Source: Micavibrio sp. (GTDB lineage Bacteria > Pseudomonadota > Alphaproteobacteria > Micavibrionales > UBA9664). From it: DNA of 64,000 nt. The notes beneath the pieces were generated by a model. The model saw nothing but the letters and a program-made list of their open reading frames with translations, was not told the origin of the DNA and searched no databases. The stretch covers positions 161,105 to 225,104 of the forward strand of contig PAAR01000028.1 of the NCBI GenBank assembly GCA_002699085.1. Direction: 5' to 3'. Every line of letters begins with the position of its first letter. Within the stretch, counting starts at the first letter, position 1. Below are positions 18,563-27,700 of the stretch, piece after piece. Made by a program: the position numbers and the translations under genes.

Positions 18563-18656
18563 GATTCGTTGCGCACCATGGAAGGTTTGCAACGGAAGGT
18601 TGCCAAAGAATAATGTATCTCATACAATTACATATGATTCGGAACGAAGTGGTGTC

Positions 18657-19682
18657 ATGCGGTTAAAATCTTTCACAGCGAAAACCATGAAACAGGCGAT
18701 GCAGATGGTAAGAGATAGTTTAGGAGATGAGGCGATTATCGTGTCTACGCACGAAGAAAAGGGCGTGGGTGTACGTGTGACGGCTGCATTAGAAACACAA
18801 GTACCAGGGTTCGAAATTGGCCAAACAGATCATGAGAATGATTGGCTGCAATATGATGCGGAATCGGACAACGAAGATGCAATTGCTGAAGAAATTACCG
18901 ATGTCCTTTTAAAGCACGCTGTTCCAGCCGATACGATTGATATGATTGTATCTACGGCATTAGGTTTAGAGCTAACAACACCACGTGTGGCGTTAATGGC
19001 AGCTTTAGAACATATGTTTTCTTTTGAGCCGCTACCTTCAAAAGGTAAGTCAAAACCAATTATGCTTTTAGGGCTACCTGGTGCAGGCAAAACACTCGCT
19101 GCGGCAAAATTTGCAACCCGTGCTGTGGTCAATGATCAACATGTGGCCGTTGTAACAACAGATGTAAAGCGTGCTGGCGGTGTGCCACAGCTTGAGGCCT
19201 TTACAAAGCTACTTGGCGTTGATCTTGCAAAGGTTAGAAAGCCAGAAGAATTAAAAGAATATTTGGCGCGTGATGAGGTTAAAAAATTCGACCAAGTGAT
19301 TATTGATATGCCGGGTATAAATCCATTTGATGCTGAAGAGATGCGGGATGTGATGCGCTACATTGCAAGCGTTGATGTATTGCCAATTATGGTAGCGCAG
19401 GGTGGTATGGATGCCGATGAAATGGGCGAGATTGCCAAGGCTTTCTCGGTGTTGGGTGTTGAGCATATGATGCCAACACGTTTGGATATGGCACGTCGTT
19501 TAGGTGGTTTATTATCAGCGGCAGAAAAGGGCGGTATGGCCTTCACACAAGGCTCTCATACAGAGGCCGTAGCCGATGGTTTAACAGAATTAAATGCTGA
19601 AATTTTAACGAATTATTTCATGCCTCAAACCAAGCAAGAGGCAGAATACAAGGTCAAGAAGACAACAAGGCAAGGTGAGTAA
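18657..19682 (+). CDS. flhF: Flagellar GTPase FlhF (SRP-type)
   Basis: The family starts at MRLKSFTAKTMKQAMQMVRDSLGDEAIIVST. G1 motif GLPGAGKT and DMPG G3 motif. The ORF-track TTG start at 18600 is judged to be an extension. Confidence 0.85.
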   Translation: MRLKSFTAKTMKQAMQMVRDSLGDEAIIVSTHEEKGVGVRVTAALETQVPGFEIGQTDHENDWLQYDAESDNEDAIAEEITDVLLKHAVPADTIDMIVSTALGLELTTPRVALMAALEHMFSFEPLPSKGKSKPIMLLGLPGAGKTLAAAKFATRAVVNDQHVAVVTTDVKRAGGVPQLEAFTKLLGVDLAKVRKPEELKEYLARDEVKKFDQVIIDMPGINPFDAEEMRDVMRYIASVDVLPIMVAQGGMDADEMGEIAKAFSVLGVEHMMPTRLDMARRLGGLLSAAEKGGMAFTQGSHTEAVADGLTELNAEILTNYFMPQTKQEAEYKVKKTTRQGE

Positions 19683-19683
19683 T

Positions 19684-20523
19684 ATGGTCGATCAACAAGC
19701 AACAAAAGATGCGGATACACTAAAGACGGGTGGCACATTCCCTTACGGTAAGAATGTTATTGCTGTCGCAAGCGGTAAAGGCGGCGTTGGTAAAACATGG
19801 TTTTCTATTTCGTTCTCCCATGCACTTGCTAGAGCAGGTAAAAAAGTACTTCTTTTTGACGGTGATTTAGGCCTTGCCAATGTTGATGTACAATTGGGAT
19901 TGATGCCAAAGCGTGACCTGAATGATGTTATTCGTGGCCGTTTAGGTTTAGATAAAGTGATCCAACATTACGAAGATGGTGGCTTTGATATTATTGCTGG
20001 CCGTTCTGGGCAAGCTTCACTCTCTGCATTACCAAATCAGCGTTTAGGCTTGCTTCGCGATCAATTGCTTGAGCTTTCTAGCCAATATGATGTCGTGGTA
20101 ATTGATTTAGGGGCAGGTGTTGACCGTACAGTGCGTATGATGTCTGCGGCGGCTGCGATGACGTTGCTGGTCACAACAGATGAACCAACATCTCTAACTG
20201 ATGCCTACGCTTTTATTAAACTGGGGGCAGCGGCAGGAACAACAAAGAATGTACAAGTTGTTGTTAATCAAGCATCAAATCAATCTGATGGTGAGAAAAC
20301 CTACAAAACACTGCTGAAAGCTTGTGAGAATTTCTTGAAAATGTCACCGCCTATGGCTGGGATGGTACGTCACGATCCTCGTGTGAAAGATTCAATTCGT
20401 CATCAAACACCGATTTTGACTCGTTCGCCGAATACAGAGGCAGCGCAAGATCTCGAGTCTATTGTTCCGGGCGTGATTAAATCCTTACGCCAATATGCGA
20501 CTGAGAAAAAAGCTACAGCCTAA
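19684..20523 (+). CDS. flhG: MinD/ParA-type flagellar number regulator FlhG (FleN)
   Basis: Deviant Walker A SGKGGVGKT and an N-terminal DQQA...L activator-like motif. The ATG at 19684 is preceded by AAGGTGAG. The alternative GTG at 19675 overlaps flhF. Confidence 0.85.
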   Translation: MVDQQATKDADTLKTGGTFPYGKNVIAVASGKGGVGKTWFSISFSHALARAGKKVLLFDGDLGLANVDVQLGLMPKRDLNDVIRGRLGLDKVIQHYEDGGFDIIAGRSGQASLSALPNQRLGLLRDQLLELSSQYDVVVIDLGAGVDRTVRMMSAAAAMTLLVTTDEPTSLTDAYAFIKLGAAAGTTKNVQVVVNQASNQSDGEKTYKTLLKACENFLKMSPPMAGMVRHDPRVKDSIRHQTPILTRSPNTEAAQDLESIVPGVIKSLRQYATEKKATA

Positions 20524-20548
20524 TTTCAAATTCCTGTAAGCTGTAGGT

Positions 20549-21289
20549 ATGCAGATTAATGCCTATGACATTAAAGAATTTTATCAGACAAAACGTGGTG
20601 CTTTTGTGCAACAAGCATTGTCTGCCTATATTCATAAAATTTGGCCAGATGTAAAAAGTAATACAATCGTCGGTGCTGGCTATGCATTTCCTTATCTCAA
20701 ATCTCTGGCCGATAGTACCTCATTAGAACGTTATTTCGGTTTTTTACCGAGTAGTCTTGGTGGGTTTGTATGGCCAGAGGACAGCAAGAACAAAGCTGGT
20801 GTGGCGGATTTTGTGCATTTTCCGTTGGTTGATGAATGTGTTGATCGTTGTTTGATGGTGCACGGTTTAGAATTTGTTGAGGCGCCTGATTTGGCGTTAC
20901 AAGATGTGTGGCGGATATTACGGGCTAATGGTCGATTATTAATTGTTGTGCCTAACCGTGCTGGTTTTTGGGCGGGCTCTGATGCAACGCCTTTTGGGCA
21001 TGGGCATCCATATTCTTTTACGCAATTAAGACGTGTGCTTAAAGAACAGGATTTTGTGATAGAGCAAGTTCATTCGGGGTTGTATACGCCGCCCTATAAA
21101 TCAAAACTTATGCTTAATATGTTCGGTTGGCTAGAAAAAATAGGACCGTTTTGTCCGTTATTTTCAGGGGTGCATATTATTGAAGCGAGTAAACAGGTTT
21201 ATGCGTTTACCAAACCTATTAAAGCAAAGAGCGAATATACTTTGCGGCAGAAACTTGTCTTTGGTGGTGCAAATCCTCAACCAAGCTAA
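20549..21289 (+). CDS. Class I SAM-dependent methyltransferase-like protein
   Basis: Methyltransf_11-like core (VDRCLMVHGLEFVEAPDLALQDVWRILRANGRLLIVVPN). Lies 25 nt after flhG. Confidence 0.65.
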   Translation: MQINAYDIKEFYQTKRGAFVQQALSAYIHKIWPDVKSNTIVGAGYAFPYLKSLADSTSLERYFGFLPSSLGGFVWPEDSKNKAGVADFVHFPLVDECVDRCLMVHGLEFVEAPDLALQDVWRILRANGRLLIVVPNRAGFWAGSDATPFGHGHPYSFTQLRRVLKEQDFVIEQVHSGLYTPPYKSKLMLNMFGWLEKIGPFCPLFSGVHIIEASKQVYAFTKPIKAKSEYTLRQKLVFGGANPQPS

Positions 21290-22029
21290 GCTTTTGTTTC
21301 GGCTTCTCTAATAAGCTTGTTTGAATGTGCTTCTAATAAATTTTCAGTCTCAATCATTAATGCTTTTGGATCACGGCCTGGTTCAATCGTCGGTAGTATC
21401 TCAAAGACAACAGTGCCTGACTTTTTTAGGAAGCTGTTTTTCGGCCAGTAATAGCCAGCATTAATCGCAATGGGTACAATTTGAATGTCGCAATTCTTAT
21501 AGATATTAGCCATGCCAGATTTATAAGGATATTCCTCGACAGTTGCCCCAACTGGCACACGCGTCCCTTGCGGAAAAATAAGCAAGTTCTTACCTTCTTT
21601 TTTTAGGCGATCAACACCCTTGTAAAGCGATTTAAGGGCTTTTGAGGCACTACCACGGTCAATGCTGATGCAACCCATTTTGCGGGGATACCAGCCCCAA
21701 ATAGGCACATTCATTAGTTCCTTCTTCATAGCGATCATCAGTTCGGGGAATAGGAGAAAGTATTTTAACGTTTCGTAGGTTGATTGGTGCTTAGAGACGA
21801 TCATATAAGAACCTGTTCTGGGTAGGTTTTCCAAACCACGGATTTCATAATTTAGATTGAGAATAAGCCTTTCTAAAACGTAGATGCCGCCAAAATACAG
21901 TTTCACTGTTTTATTAAATAGTTTTTGTGGCAATAGAAATGTTGGCAGCAGGAAGAGGCAGCAAAATATCGTCCAAGCAAAATAGCATAGATCAAATAAG
22001 AAACAGCGAATAAATTGCAGTAAAATCAC
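21286..22029 (-). CDS. plsC: Lysophospholipid (1-acyl-sn-glycerol-3-phosphate) acyltransferase, PlsC family
   Basis: N-terminal TM segment, acyltransferase block KHQSTYE (HX4D-like, with E in place of D) and the FPQGTR block. Confidence 0.75.
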   Translation of the reverse strand: MILLQFIRCFLFDLCYFAWTIFCCLFLLPTFLLPQKLFNKTVKLYFGGIYVLERLILNLNYEIRGLENLPRTGSYMIVSKHQSTYETLKYFLLFPELMIAMKKELMNVPIWGWYPRKMGCISIDRGSASKALKSLYKGVDRLKKEGKNLLIFPQGTRVPVGATVEEYPYKSGMANIYKNCDIQIVPIAINAGYYWPKNSFLKKSGTVVFEILPTIEPGRDPKALMIETENLLEAHSNKLIREAETKA

Positions 22030-22635
22030 TTAAGATGCCTCGTCAGTCATAGGGGGTGTGATGGTTTGAAGATTGTACCTTACCCATGCACCCCAATATT
22101 TCAAGCCTTCCATAAGATATGTTTTCCATGTGTTTTTGCTCAAAAGATCAAAGTCTTTTGGTGCAACGCTATAGGCTTGAATGGAAAGAGACGGAAGAAA
22201 ATGCTCAAACTCTAAAATAGAGCGTGGCATATGGTAATCGGATGTTACCAAAATAATGTTATTAATATTGTGCTGCTCAACCCACTGCACTGTTTTACTG
22301 GCATTGCTTTGCGTATCCTTTGGTTGTGTATCCATGATGACACAACATTCAGACAGCCTTTTATCAAGAGCAGAAGTCAGTGTGGGGAACATATCTTCAA
22401 AACGCGTGTCCGGGTGAGCCCCTGAGATAAGAAGAATTGTTGCCTTGTCATTTTTCAGTAAATCAATCGCCGTTTCTAATCTATTGCTGCCGCCTGTTAA
22501 TACAACAACTAAGGGTGCTTTCGTTAAAGCGCTTTCTGATTTTTTATATTCTAAGACTTTGAATGCATAAATGCCGATGAGTACAGCGGCTAAAAGTATA
22601 AGTGTTAAGAGTGATTGTATAATGGCTTTAATCAT
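22030..22635 (-). CDS. YdcF/DUF218 family protein
   Basis: TM anchor followed by VVVLTGGSNRLETAIDLL...LLISGAHP and TSDYHMPRS motifs. Confidence 0.75.
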   Translation of the reverse strand: MIKAIIQSLLTLILLAAVLIGIYAFKVLEYKKSESALTKAPLVVVLTGGSNRLETAIDLLKNDKATILLISGAHPDTRFEDMFPTLTSALDKRLSECCVIMDTQPKDTQSNASKTVQWVEQHNINNIILVTSDYHMPRSILEFEHFLPSLSIQAYSVAPKDFDLLSKNTWKTYLMEGLKYWGAWVRYNLQTITPPMTDEAS

Positions 22636-23513
22636 GTGATATCCGATAAAATGCTATGGGCTGTATGGCGTGCCATTAAAGCGGACGCCACAGCAATCGA
22701 TATGGGGAATGCTAAAAATAGCGCAATCTTTTCTAAACTCAAGAGTCCTACGGCATGTTGCTGTATCGTGTAAAAATTAGGCCAGAAATTCATTAACAGG
22801 AGCATTGATCCTCCACCAAAGAATAAGCCTAGGAAAGCACCTTTAAGACCGATGATAAAACTTTGGCGTTGGAACTGATTGCCAATATAGCGATTGGCGG
22901 CACCTAAGATGTAAAGAATTTCTATATCATCTTTGAACATACGCATACGTGCCCGAACGGCAAAAGAGATACAGAGTAAAATAATGCCAAATAGCATAAC
23001 GATGCTTATACCTGCGACCATGCGGGTTGTATCAATCATCGAAAAAAGCGGCTGGAGCTGATCTTTGTTTTGGCTGATGACAATGGTTTCATCAATTTCC
23101 TTTAGCTGTTTTTCCAACGATTTAATAATATCGTTATTATTTTGATTAAGTGTGACAGAGATAAAACGTGGGTAATCAATGAGATTTTCTTCATCCGTGC
23201 TGTCCATCCATGGCTTAATAAGTTCTTGGATATCTTTCTTCTTATAGCTTTCAACCTTATTTATATGCGGCATATTCTTTAGTAAGATGCTGATATCGTG
23301 TGCTAGGGGATCCGCTTTTGCGTCTTCACGAGCAGGGATTTCAATAAGTACGCTATTTTGTAATGACGCTGTCCAGCGTTCAGAGCTATCGCTTAGCATT
23401 AAAAAACCTGCCAGTACCCATAGAGATAAAACTGTCATGATACAGGTAAGTACCAGCTGAAATTGTGATAAAGAATCTTTTGCTAAAGGGAGGTCATAAC
23501 GTGTTTCAGGCAT
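22632..23513 (-). CDS. ftsX: Cell-division ABC transporter permease-like protein FtsX
   Basis: Four-TM FtsX topology downstream of ftsE. The ATG at 23513 overlaps the ftsE stop by 8 nt. The longer ORF-track start (23576) is judged unlikely. Confidence 0.8.
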   Translation of the reverse strand: MPETRYDLPLAKDSLSQFQLVLTCIMTVLSLWVLAGFLMLSDSSERWTASLQNSVLIEIPAREDAKADPLAHDISILLKNMPHINKVESYKKKDIQELIKPWMDSTDEENLIDYPRFISVTLNQNNNDIIKSLEKQLKEIDETIVISQNKDQLQPLFSMIDTTRMVAGISIVMLFGIILLCISFAVRARMRMFKDDIEILYILGAANRYIGNQFQRQSFIIGLKGAFLGLFFGGGSMLLLMNFWPNFYTIQQHAVGLLSLEKIALFLAFPISIAVASALMARHTAHSILSDIT

Positions 23514-24231
23514 TGTAGATACTCTCCTGCTCAGAGAAGTCTTCAAAGGAAGAGAATGGCGAACGGATCGTCTCAATACTTAAAAGTCCGTCCTTTATCA
23601 CGAGGCGTGGGTGGTGGAAGCTGTCTAAGATGCTTTTGCTGTGAGTGGCAATAACAATGGTTGTACCCATACGGTTAAGTTGCTCAAACAGACCCATAAG
23701 CTTTGCGCCAATGCTGTCATCTAAGTTACCTGTTGGTTCATCGGCTAGTAGTAAGCGAGGTTTGCTGATGATGGCGCGCGCAATAGAAATGCGTTGTTGT
23801 TGGCCGCCTGAAAGTGTCGCAGGGCTGGCTTTAGCGCAATCATGCAGATCAACCCATTCCATTAGTTCTTCGACATTGGCTTTTATTTCTTTTTCGGGGC
23901 GACCAATGATTCGTAAGGGTAGGGCAATATTATCAAATGCTGAAAGATGATTCATAAGACGGAAATCTTGAAAAACGACGCCGATTTTTTGACGAAGCTG
24001 GGTCATATGCGCGGCTGACTGGCCATTCACATTCTTACCAAACATAGAGATCAGGCCACGGGTTGGCCTTTTGCCTAAATACATGAGGCGCATCAGCGAG
24101 GTTTTACCTGCGCCAGATTTACCTGTGAGGAAATGGAATGAGCCAGGCTCTAGTGAAAAGGAGATGTCCTTTAGGACTTCAGGGCCAATGCCGTATCGTA
24201 AACCTACATGTTCAAACTTAATCATGCGCAT
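23506..24231 (-). CDS. ftsE: Cell-division ATP-binding protein FtsE
   Basis: MRMIKFEHVGLRYG start, Walker A GKSGAGKT and signature LSGGQQQR. The start could also be 24225 or 24285. Confidence 0.9.
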   Translation of the reverse strand: MRMIKFEHVGLRYGIGPEVLKDISFSLEPGSFHFLTGKSGAGKTSLMRLMYLGKRPTRGLISMFGKNVNGQSAAHMTQLRQKIGVVFQDFRLMNHLSAFDNIALPLRIIGRPEKEIKANVEELMEWVDLHDCAKASPATLSGGQQQRISIARAIISKPRLLLADEPTGNLDDSIGAKLMGLFEQLNRMGTTIVIATHSKSILDSFHHPRLVIKDGLLSIETIRSPFSSFEDFSEQESIYNA

Positions 24232-24315
24232 AGTGTGCGATTTTTCCTGTACTATTTCAATCCTTTCCTTAACCCGATCTTGCACGTAGGTGTTTAGGGC
24301 AATATAGTCTTAGAC

Positions 24316-25083
24316 ATGATAATTGTTTGCCCAGAATGTTCTGCTCGCTATTTAATCCAGACAAGCTCCGTCGGCCCTTCTGGCAAGAAGGTTAAATGCG
24401 CCAGTTGCAAACATGTATGGCATCAAGAGCCTGAGACAGAAGAAATTCTAATAGATGTGCAGGACGATCCTGTTTTAGATACAGATGAAATTGAAGAAAA
24501 TGATACCGATCCCGCATTAATATCGGATGAAGAGGATAAAGAAGCGATTAGTGTGGGTGAAGATGTTTCTATCCCACATTCCGTAAGGCCTAATGTTGAC
24601 CATGGGACGCATGTGGATGATTCAACAGCAGGTGTGTTGCCTGCTTATTCTGTTCTTGCGGCAATCTTTATTGGCTTGTTGCTTGTGGTAGCGCTTGGCC
24701 AGTTTCCTGCGGTATTTACCAAAATTATTCCAGGTATGGAAATAATTTACGAAAAGGCAGGTATAGATGTCACACATGACGAAGAATCTTTGATGTTGGA
24801 TCGTATTTATATTCGTGCAGATGAGAAGAATGCAGGGCATTATATCATTGAAGGTGTTATTCTTAATTTAGCCCCCAAATCAGTAGAGGTGCCATTTGTG
24901 AAAGTGCAGCCACTGGATCGTAATGGTGTAATTTTGGGCGAGCCTATTTACTATCAGCCAGAGCAAAATCCTATACCTGCTGAATCGGCGCATGATTTTA
25001 CATTGGACTACCAAACAGAAGAGCGTGTGGCTGATTTTGAGCTCCGCTTCGTATTTGAAAAAGATCAAATAGAAAAGGAATAA
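24316..25083 (+). CDS. MJ0042-type zinc-ribbon protein with TM segment and DUF3426-like C-terminal domain
   Basis: N-terminus MIIVCPECSARYLI...KCASCKHVWH (CxxC...CxxC), an acidic linker, one TM segment and a beta-rich C-terminus. Confidence 0.7.
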   Translation: MIIVCPECSARYLIQTSSVGPSGKKVKCASCKHVWHQEPETEEILIDVQDDPVLDTDEIEENDTDPALISDEEDKEAISVGEDVSIPHSVRPNVDHGTHVDDSTAGVLPAYSVLAAIFIGLLLVVALGQFPAVFTKIIPGMEIIYEKAGIDVTHDEESLMLDRIYIRADEKNAGHYIIEGVILNLAPKSVEVPFVKVQPLDRNGVILGEPIYYQPEQNPIPAESAHDFTLDYQTEERVADFELRFVFEKDQIEKE

Positions 25084-25088
25084 ACGGC

Positions 25089-25601
25089 ATGAGCGACAAA
25101 AATGGTCGATACCGTATCGGTATTTACCCAGGCACATTTGACCCAGCAACAAAAGGGCATCTCCATATTATTAAGCGGGCGGTTAAATTGGTCGATAAGC
25201 TGATTGTGGCCGTGGCAAATAATGCACCAAAAGGACCGATGTTCAGTGTTGAACAGCGTGTTGAAATGGTAGAAAAGGATATTGCTTTTTTACGGGATGA
25301 GGGCTACGACGTAACTGTTCAGCATTTTAGTGGTTTGCTCGTGCATTTCGCAAAAGAGCAGAATGCTTCTATTGTTTTCAGAGGGTTACGGGCTGTTTCT
25401 GATTTTGAATATGAGTTTCAAATGACGGGGATGAACGCACAATTAGAGCCAGATGTGCAAACCTTATTCCTCATGGCATCAGATAAGCATCAATATGTAT
25501 CCTCAGCATTTGTTAAAGAGATTTGTCGCTTAAAAGGCGATGTCTCTCCTTTTGTTAGTGAAAATGTTATGCAGGCACTAAAAACCGCTTTAAAAGCTTG
25601 A
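25089..25601 (+). CDS. coaD: Phosphopantetheine adenylyltransferase CoaD
   Basis: GIYPGTFDPATKGHLHII (T/HxGH nucleotidyltransferase motif) and ISSAFVKE-like YVSSAFVKEI. Confidence 0.95.
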   Translation: MSDKNGRYRIGIYPGTFDPATKGHLHIIKRAVKLVDKLIVAVANNAPKGPMFSVEQRVEMVEKDIAFLRDEGYDVTVQHFSGLLVHFAKEQNASIVFRGLRAVSDFEYEFQMTGMNAQLEPDVQTLFLMASDKHQYVSSAFVKEICRLKGDVSPFVSENVMQALKTALKA

Positions 25602-25665
25602 CGAGAAATTATAAAAACCTTATGGTCCAAAGTCTCTTTATAAAGAGATATACCGTTAATCTCGT

Positions 25666-25741
25666 GATCGCTTAGCTCAGCCGGTAGAGCAACTGACTTT
25701 TAATCAGTAGGTCGAGGGTTCGAATCCCTCAGCGATCACCA
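25666..25741 (+). tRNA. tRNA-Lys (anticodon UUU), CCA encoded
   Basis: Folded by hand. The 7-bp acceptor stem is GATCGCT/AGCGATC. The D-arm is GCTC-AGCCGGTA-GAGC. The anticodon stem ACTGA/TCAGT carries loop CTTTTAA. The T-arm is GAGGG-TTCGAAT-CCCTC. The discriminator is A, followed by CCA. Confidence 0.95.
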
Positions 25742-25804
25742 TTTAAGTGAATTTTCTTTACATATTTTTTGCAAGTGCTAGTTAGCATTAGCAAGAGGTT
25801 ATTT

Positions 25805-26422
25805 ATGAGAAAAATCCCAGTTAGAAAAGTGTATATTGGTTTTGTAGGTAGCGATGTGCTTCCCATAGCGATGGATAGAACGTCATCGGCAAGGCCTAAG
25901 GACATTGATGATTATGTAAGTAGGCATTTTGAGTTTCAGATGGAGTCGACTTCTGAGCTCGAAGATATTGATGCGGCTACTATGTTTGTCCATATGGATG
26001 CTAACAAGAATGAAATATCATTCAAGCTAGCAGAGTGGCAAGATATATATTCAGATGATTTTAGCTTTACGCCCACACATATTAAGGAATTCAAGATTTC
26101 TTTACCAAGAGCATGTGGTGCCAAAGAGTGGAAAGCATATTTAGACGGTAAAGAGGTATATAGGGGTGAGATTAAGAATGTATTTGAAGGTGAGGCGTCT
26201 TGGATGGCTCAAGAAAATCTTCATAATGCACTCGCATTAAGATTGAATAATTGGTTAGAGAGAAAAGGACTTTTTGATTTTGTATACCAAGGTGACAGCT
26301 TTGAAGATCAATCGCTTAAACTGGATTTTGCAAGAAAGCTTATAACTCTTTTTGTAGATTACAGAGCGATATATAAAAATGTGCCTGCTATCAAGAGTGC
26401 TTTAGCTGTTGCTCCACGTTAA
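25805..26422 (+). CDS. Hypothetical protein (205 aa), orphan, directly downstream of tRNA-Lys
   Basis: ATG preceded by AGAGG. 11 of 12 Arg codons are AGA/AGG, and ATA (Ile) is frequent. No family recognised. Confidence 0.55.
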   Translation: MRKIPVRKVYIGFVGSDVLPIAMDRTSSARPKDIDDYVSRHFEFQMESTSELEDIDAATMFVHMDANKNEISFKLAEWQDIYSDDFSFTPTHIKEFKISLPRACGAKEWKAYLDGKEVYRGEIKNVFEGEASWMAQENLHNALALRLNNWLERKGLFDFVYQGDSFEDQSLKLDFARKLITLFVDYRAIYKNVPAIKSALAVAPR

Positions 26423-26868
26423 AGATATTCAATCAGCGCAGGAATAAGCGGCTTATCGGCCTCTGGCATGGGGTATTTATATAAATCAATGGCATTAACC
26501 CACTGCATGGCGGCGTGTTCTTTTAAGATGGGCGTGCCTTCCCATTGTCTCAAAACGTAAAGTGGCATGAGTAGTTGAAAATCTGGATAGCTGTGCGAGG
26601 CAAATGTAAGTGGATAAAGGCAATTTTCATTCGTTCTGACGCCTAATTCTTCGCGTAATTCACGGCATAAGGCATATTCAGGTGTTTCGCCATCTTCGAT
26701 TTTACCGCCAGGGAATTCCCATAGGCCAGCCATGGCTTTCCCTTCAGGGCGTTGCGTGATGAGTATTTTATTCTCTGAATCAATCAAAGCAGCAGCAACC
26801 ACCATAATAATTTTTTTATTAGGAGAAGGAGGGAGATGCTCAGGGATATCTTGGCCGCAACAACTCAT
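26419..26868 (-). CDS. mutT: NUDIX hydrolase, MutT (8-oxo-dGTP diphosphatase)-like
   Basis: Nudix box GLWEFPGGKIEDGETPEYALCRELREELGV. Confidence 0.85.
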   Translation of the reverse strand: MSCCGQDIPEHLPPSPNKKIIMVVAAALIDSENKILITQRPEGKAMAGLWEFPGGKIEDGETPEYALCRELREELGVRTNENCLYPLTFASHSYPDFQLLMPLYVLRQWEGTPILKEHAAMQWVNAIDLYKYPMPEADKPLIPALIEYL

Positions 26869-26871
26869 CTT

Positions 26872-27363
26872 TTATAGATCAATATCTTCTTTAACAGCAT
26901 CACTTTGCGCGCCACGCCATTGAATGAGGGCTGTTTCAAGCTCTTTGTCTTCCAAAGCTAAGATAGAAGCCGCTAAAAGGGCAGCGTTTTTAGCACCTGC
27001 TTTGCCGATAGCGAGCGTCCCAACAGGTACGCCACCTGGCATTTGTGCGATAGATAATAAGCTATCCATACCTTTAAGAGCTTTTGATTTAACGGGCACA
27101 CCTAAGACAGGCAAATGTGTCAGGCTTGCCACCATACCCGGTAAATGGGCAGCACCACCAGCACCAGCAATGATAACTTTTAAACCACGTGAAGCAGCAG
27201 ATTTAGCGTATTCAACCATACGTTCTGGTGTGCGGTGTGCAGAAACGACTTTGATTTCATGGGGGATATTAAGTGCGTCCAGAATGAGTTTTGTCTCTTC
27301 CATTGTCTCCCAATCAGATTGAGAGCCCATAATAACGCCAATAAGTGCTTTATTTTCTGACAT
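26872..27363 (-). CDS. purE: N5-carboxyaminoimidazole ribonucleotide mutase PurE
   Basis: [20 protein letters not shown] and [13 protein letters not shown] motifs. Confidence 0.95.
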   Translation of the reverse strand: MSENKALIGVIMGSQSDWETMEETKLILDALNIPHEIKVVSAHRTPERMVEYAKSAASRGLKVIIAGAGGAAHLPGMVASLTHLPVLGVPVKSKALKGMDSLLSIAQMPGGVPVGTLAIGKAGAKNAALLAASILALEDKELETALIQWRGAQSDAVKEDIDL

Positions 27364-27569
27364 CAGGCAATAATATCCGGTATAAGCTCATTTTCAACTT
27401 TTTGAATCATGTCTTTAAGCAAAAGTTTGCGTTTTTTCATTCGCTGCATCGCTAAGAAATCTATGGGCTGCGTTTGCATCATACGATCAATAGCGGTATT
27501 CAGGTCACTATGCTCTTGTTTTAATTCAGCCAATTTCTCTTGAAGCTGGGCAATATGATCGGAAACCAT
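27363..27569 (-). CDS. DUF465 (YdcH-like) small coiled-coil protein
   Basis: 68 aa with [12 protein letters not shown]...[12 protein letters not shown], the typical DUF465 pattern. 1-nt overlap with purE. Confidence 0.75.
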   Translation of the reverse strand: MVSDHIAQLQEKLAELKQEHSDLNTAIDRMMQTQPIDFLAMQRMKKRKLLLKDMIQKVENELIPDIIA

Positions 27570-27700
27570 AGACTAAAAATCCTTTTATCATTCAATTAGT
27601 TGCAAAATGTTTTTGATCTTAACATTTTAAATCAAAAAAATTAAGAAAAATCGGCATAAGCTTGCTTTACCAAATGCAACGGGCAGCATAAGATGTATAT

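Noticed and set aside
18600-18656. The TTG start that extends flhF by 19 codons.
   Set aside because: FlhF homologues begin with the MR(L/I)K.F motif found at the ATG at 18657. The extension has no RBS that I could see.
25633-25648. A 16-bp perfect palindrome TCTCTTTATAAAGAGA between coaD and tRNA-Lys.
   Set aside because: It is AT-rich, has no loop and no U-tract, so it is a poor intrinsic terminator. It could be an operator, but nothing else supports that.
25742-26422. Whether the tRNA-Lys flank is a classical genomic island or integrated mobile element.
   Set aside because: There is no integrase or recombinase. I saw no direct repeat of the tRNA 3' end up to mutT, and only one gene is present. 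I therefore report it as an orphan acquired-looking gene, not as a mobile element.
26924-27322. A 132-aa ORF on the plus strand inside purE. Similar long antisense ORFs occur at 13770..14096 in motA, 43800..44114 in recG, 56144..56533 in the aminotransferase gene, and 59540..59842 in fliP.
   Set aside because: Each lies wholly inside a confidently identified gene on the other strand. Their composition is low-complexity and Ser/Pro/Arg/Cys-rich, which is typical of shadow frames. None has an RBS or a family resemblance.
27604-27628. An 8-bp inverted repeat AAAATGTT/AACATTTT in the ydcH/purE-pfk divergent promoter region.
   Set aside because: It is composed almost entirely of A/T in an AT-rich spacer. 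There is no second copy and no known regulator to link it to.
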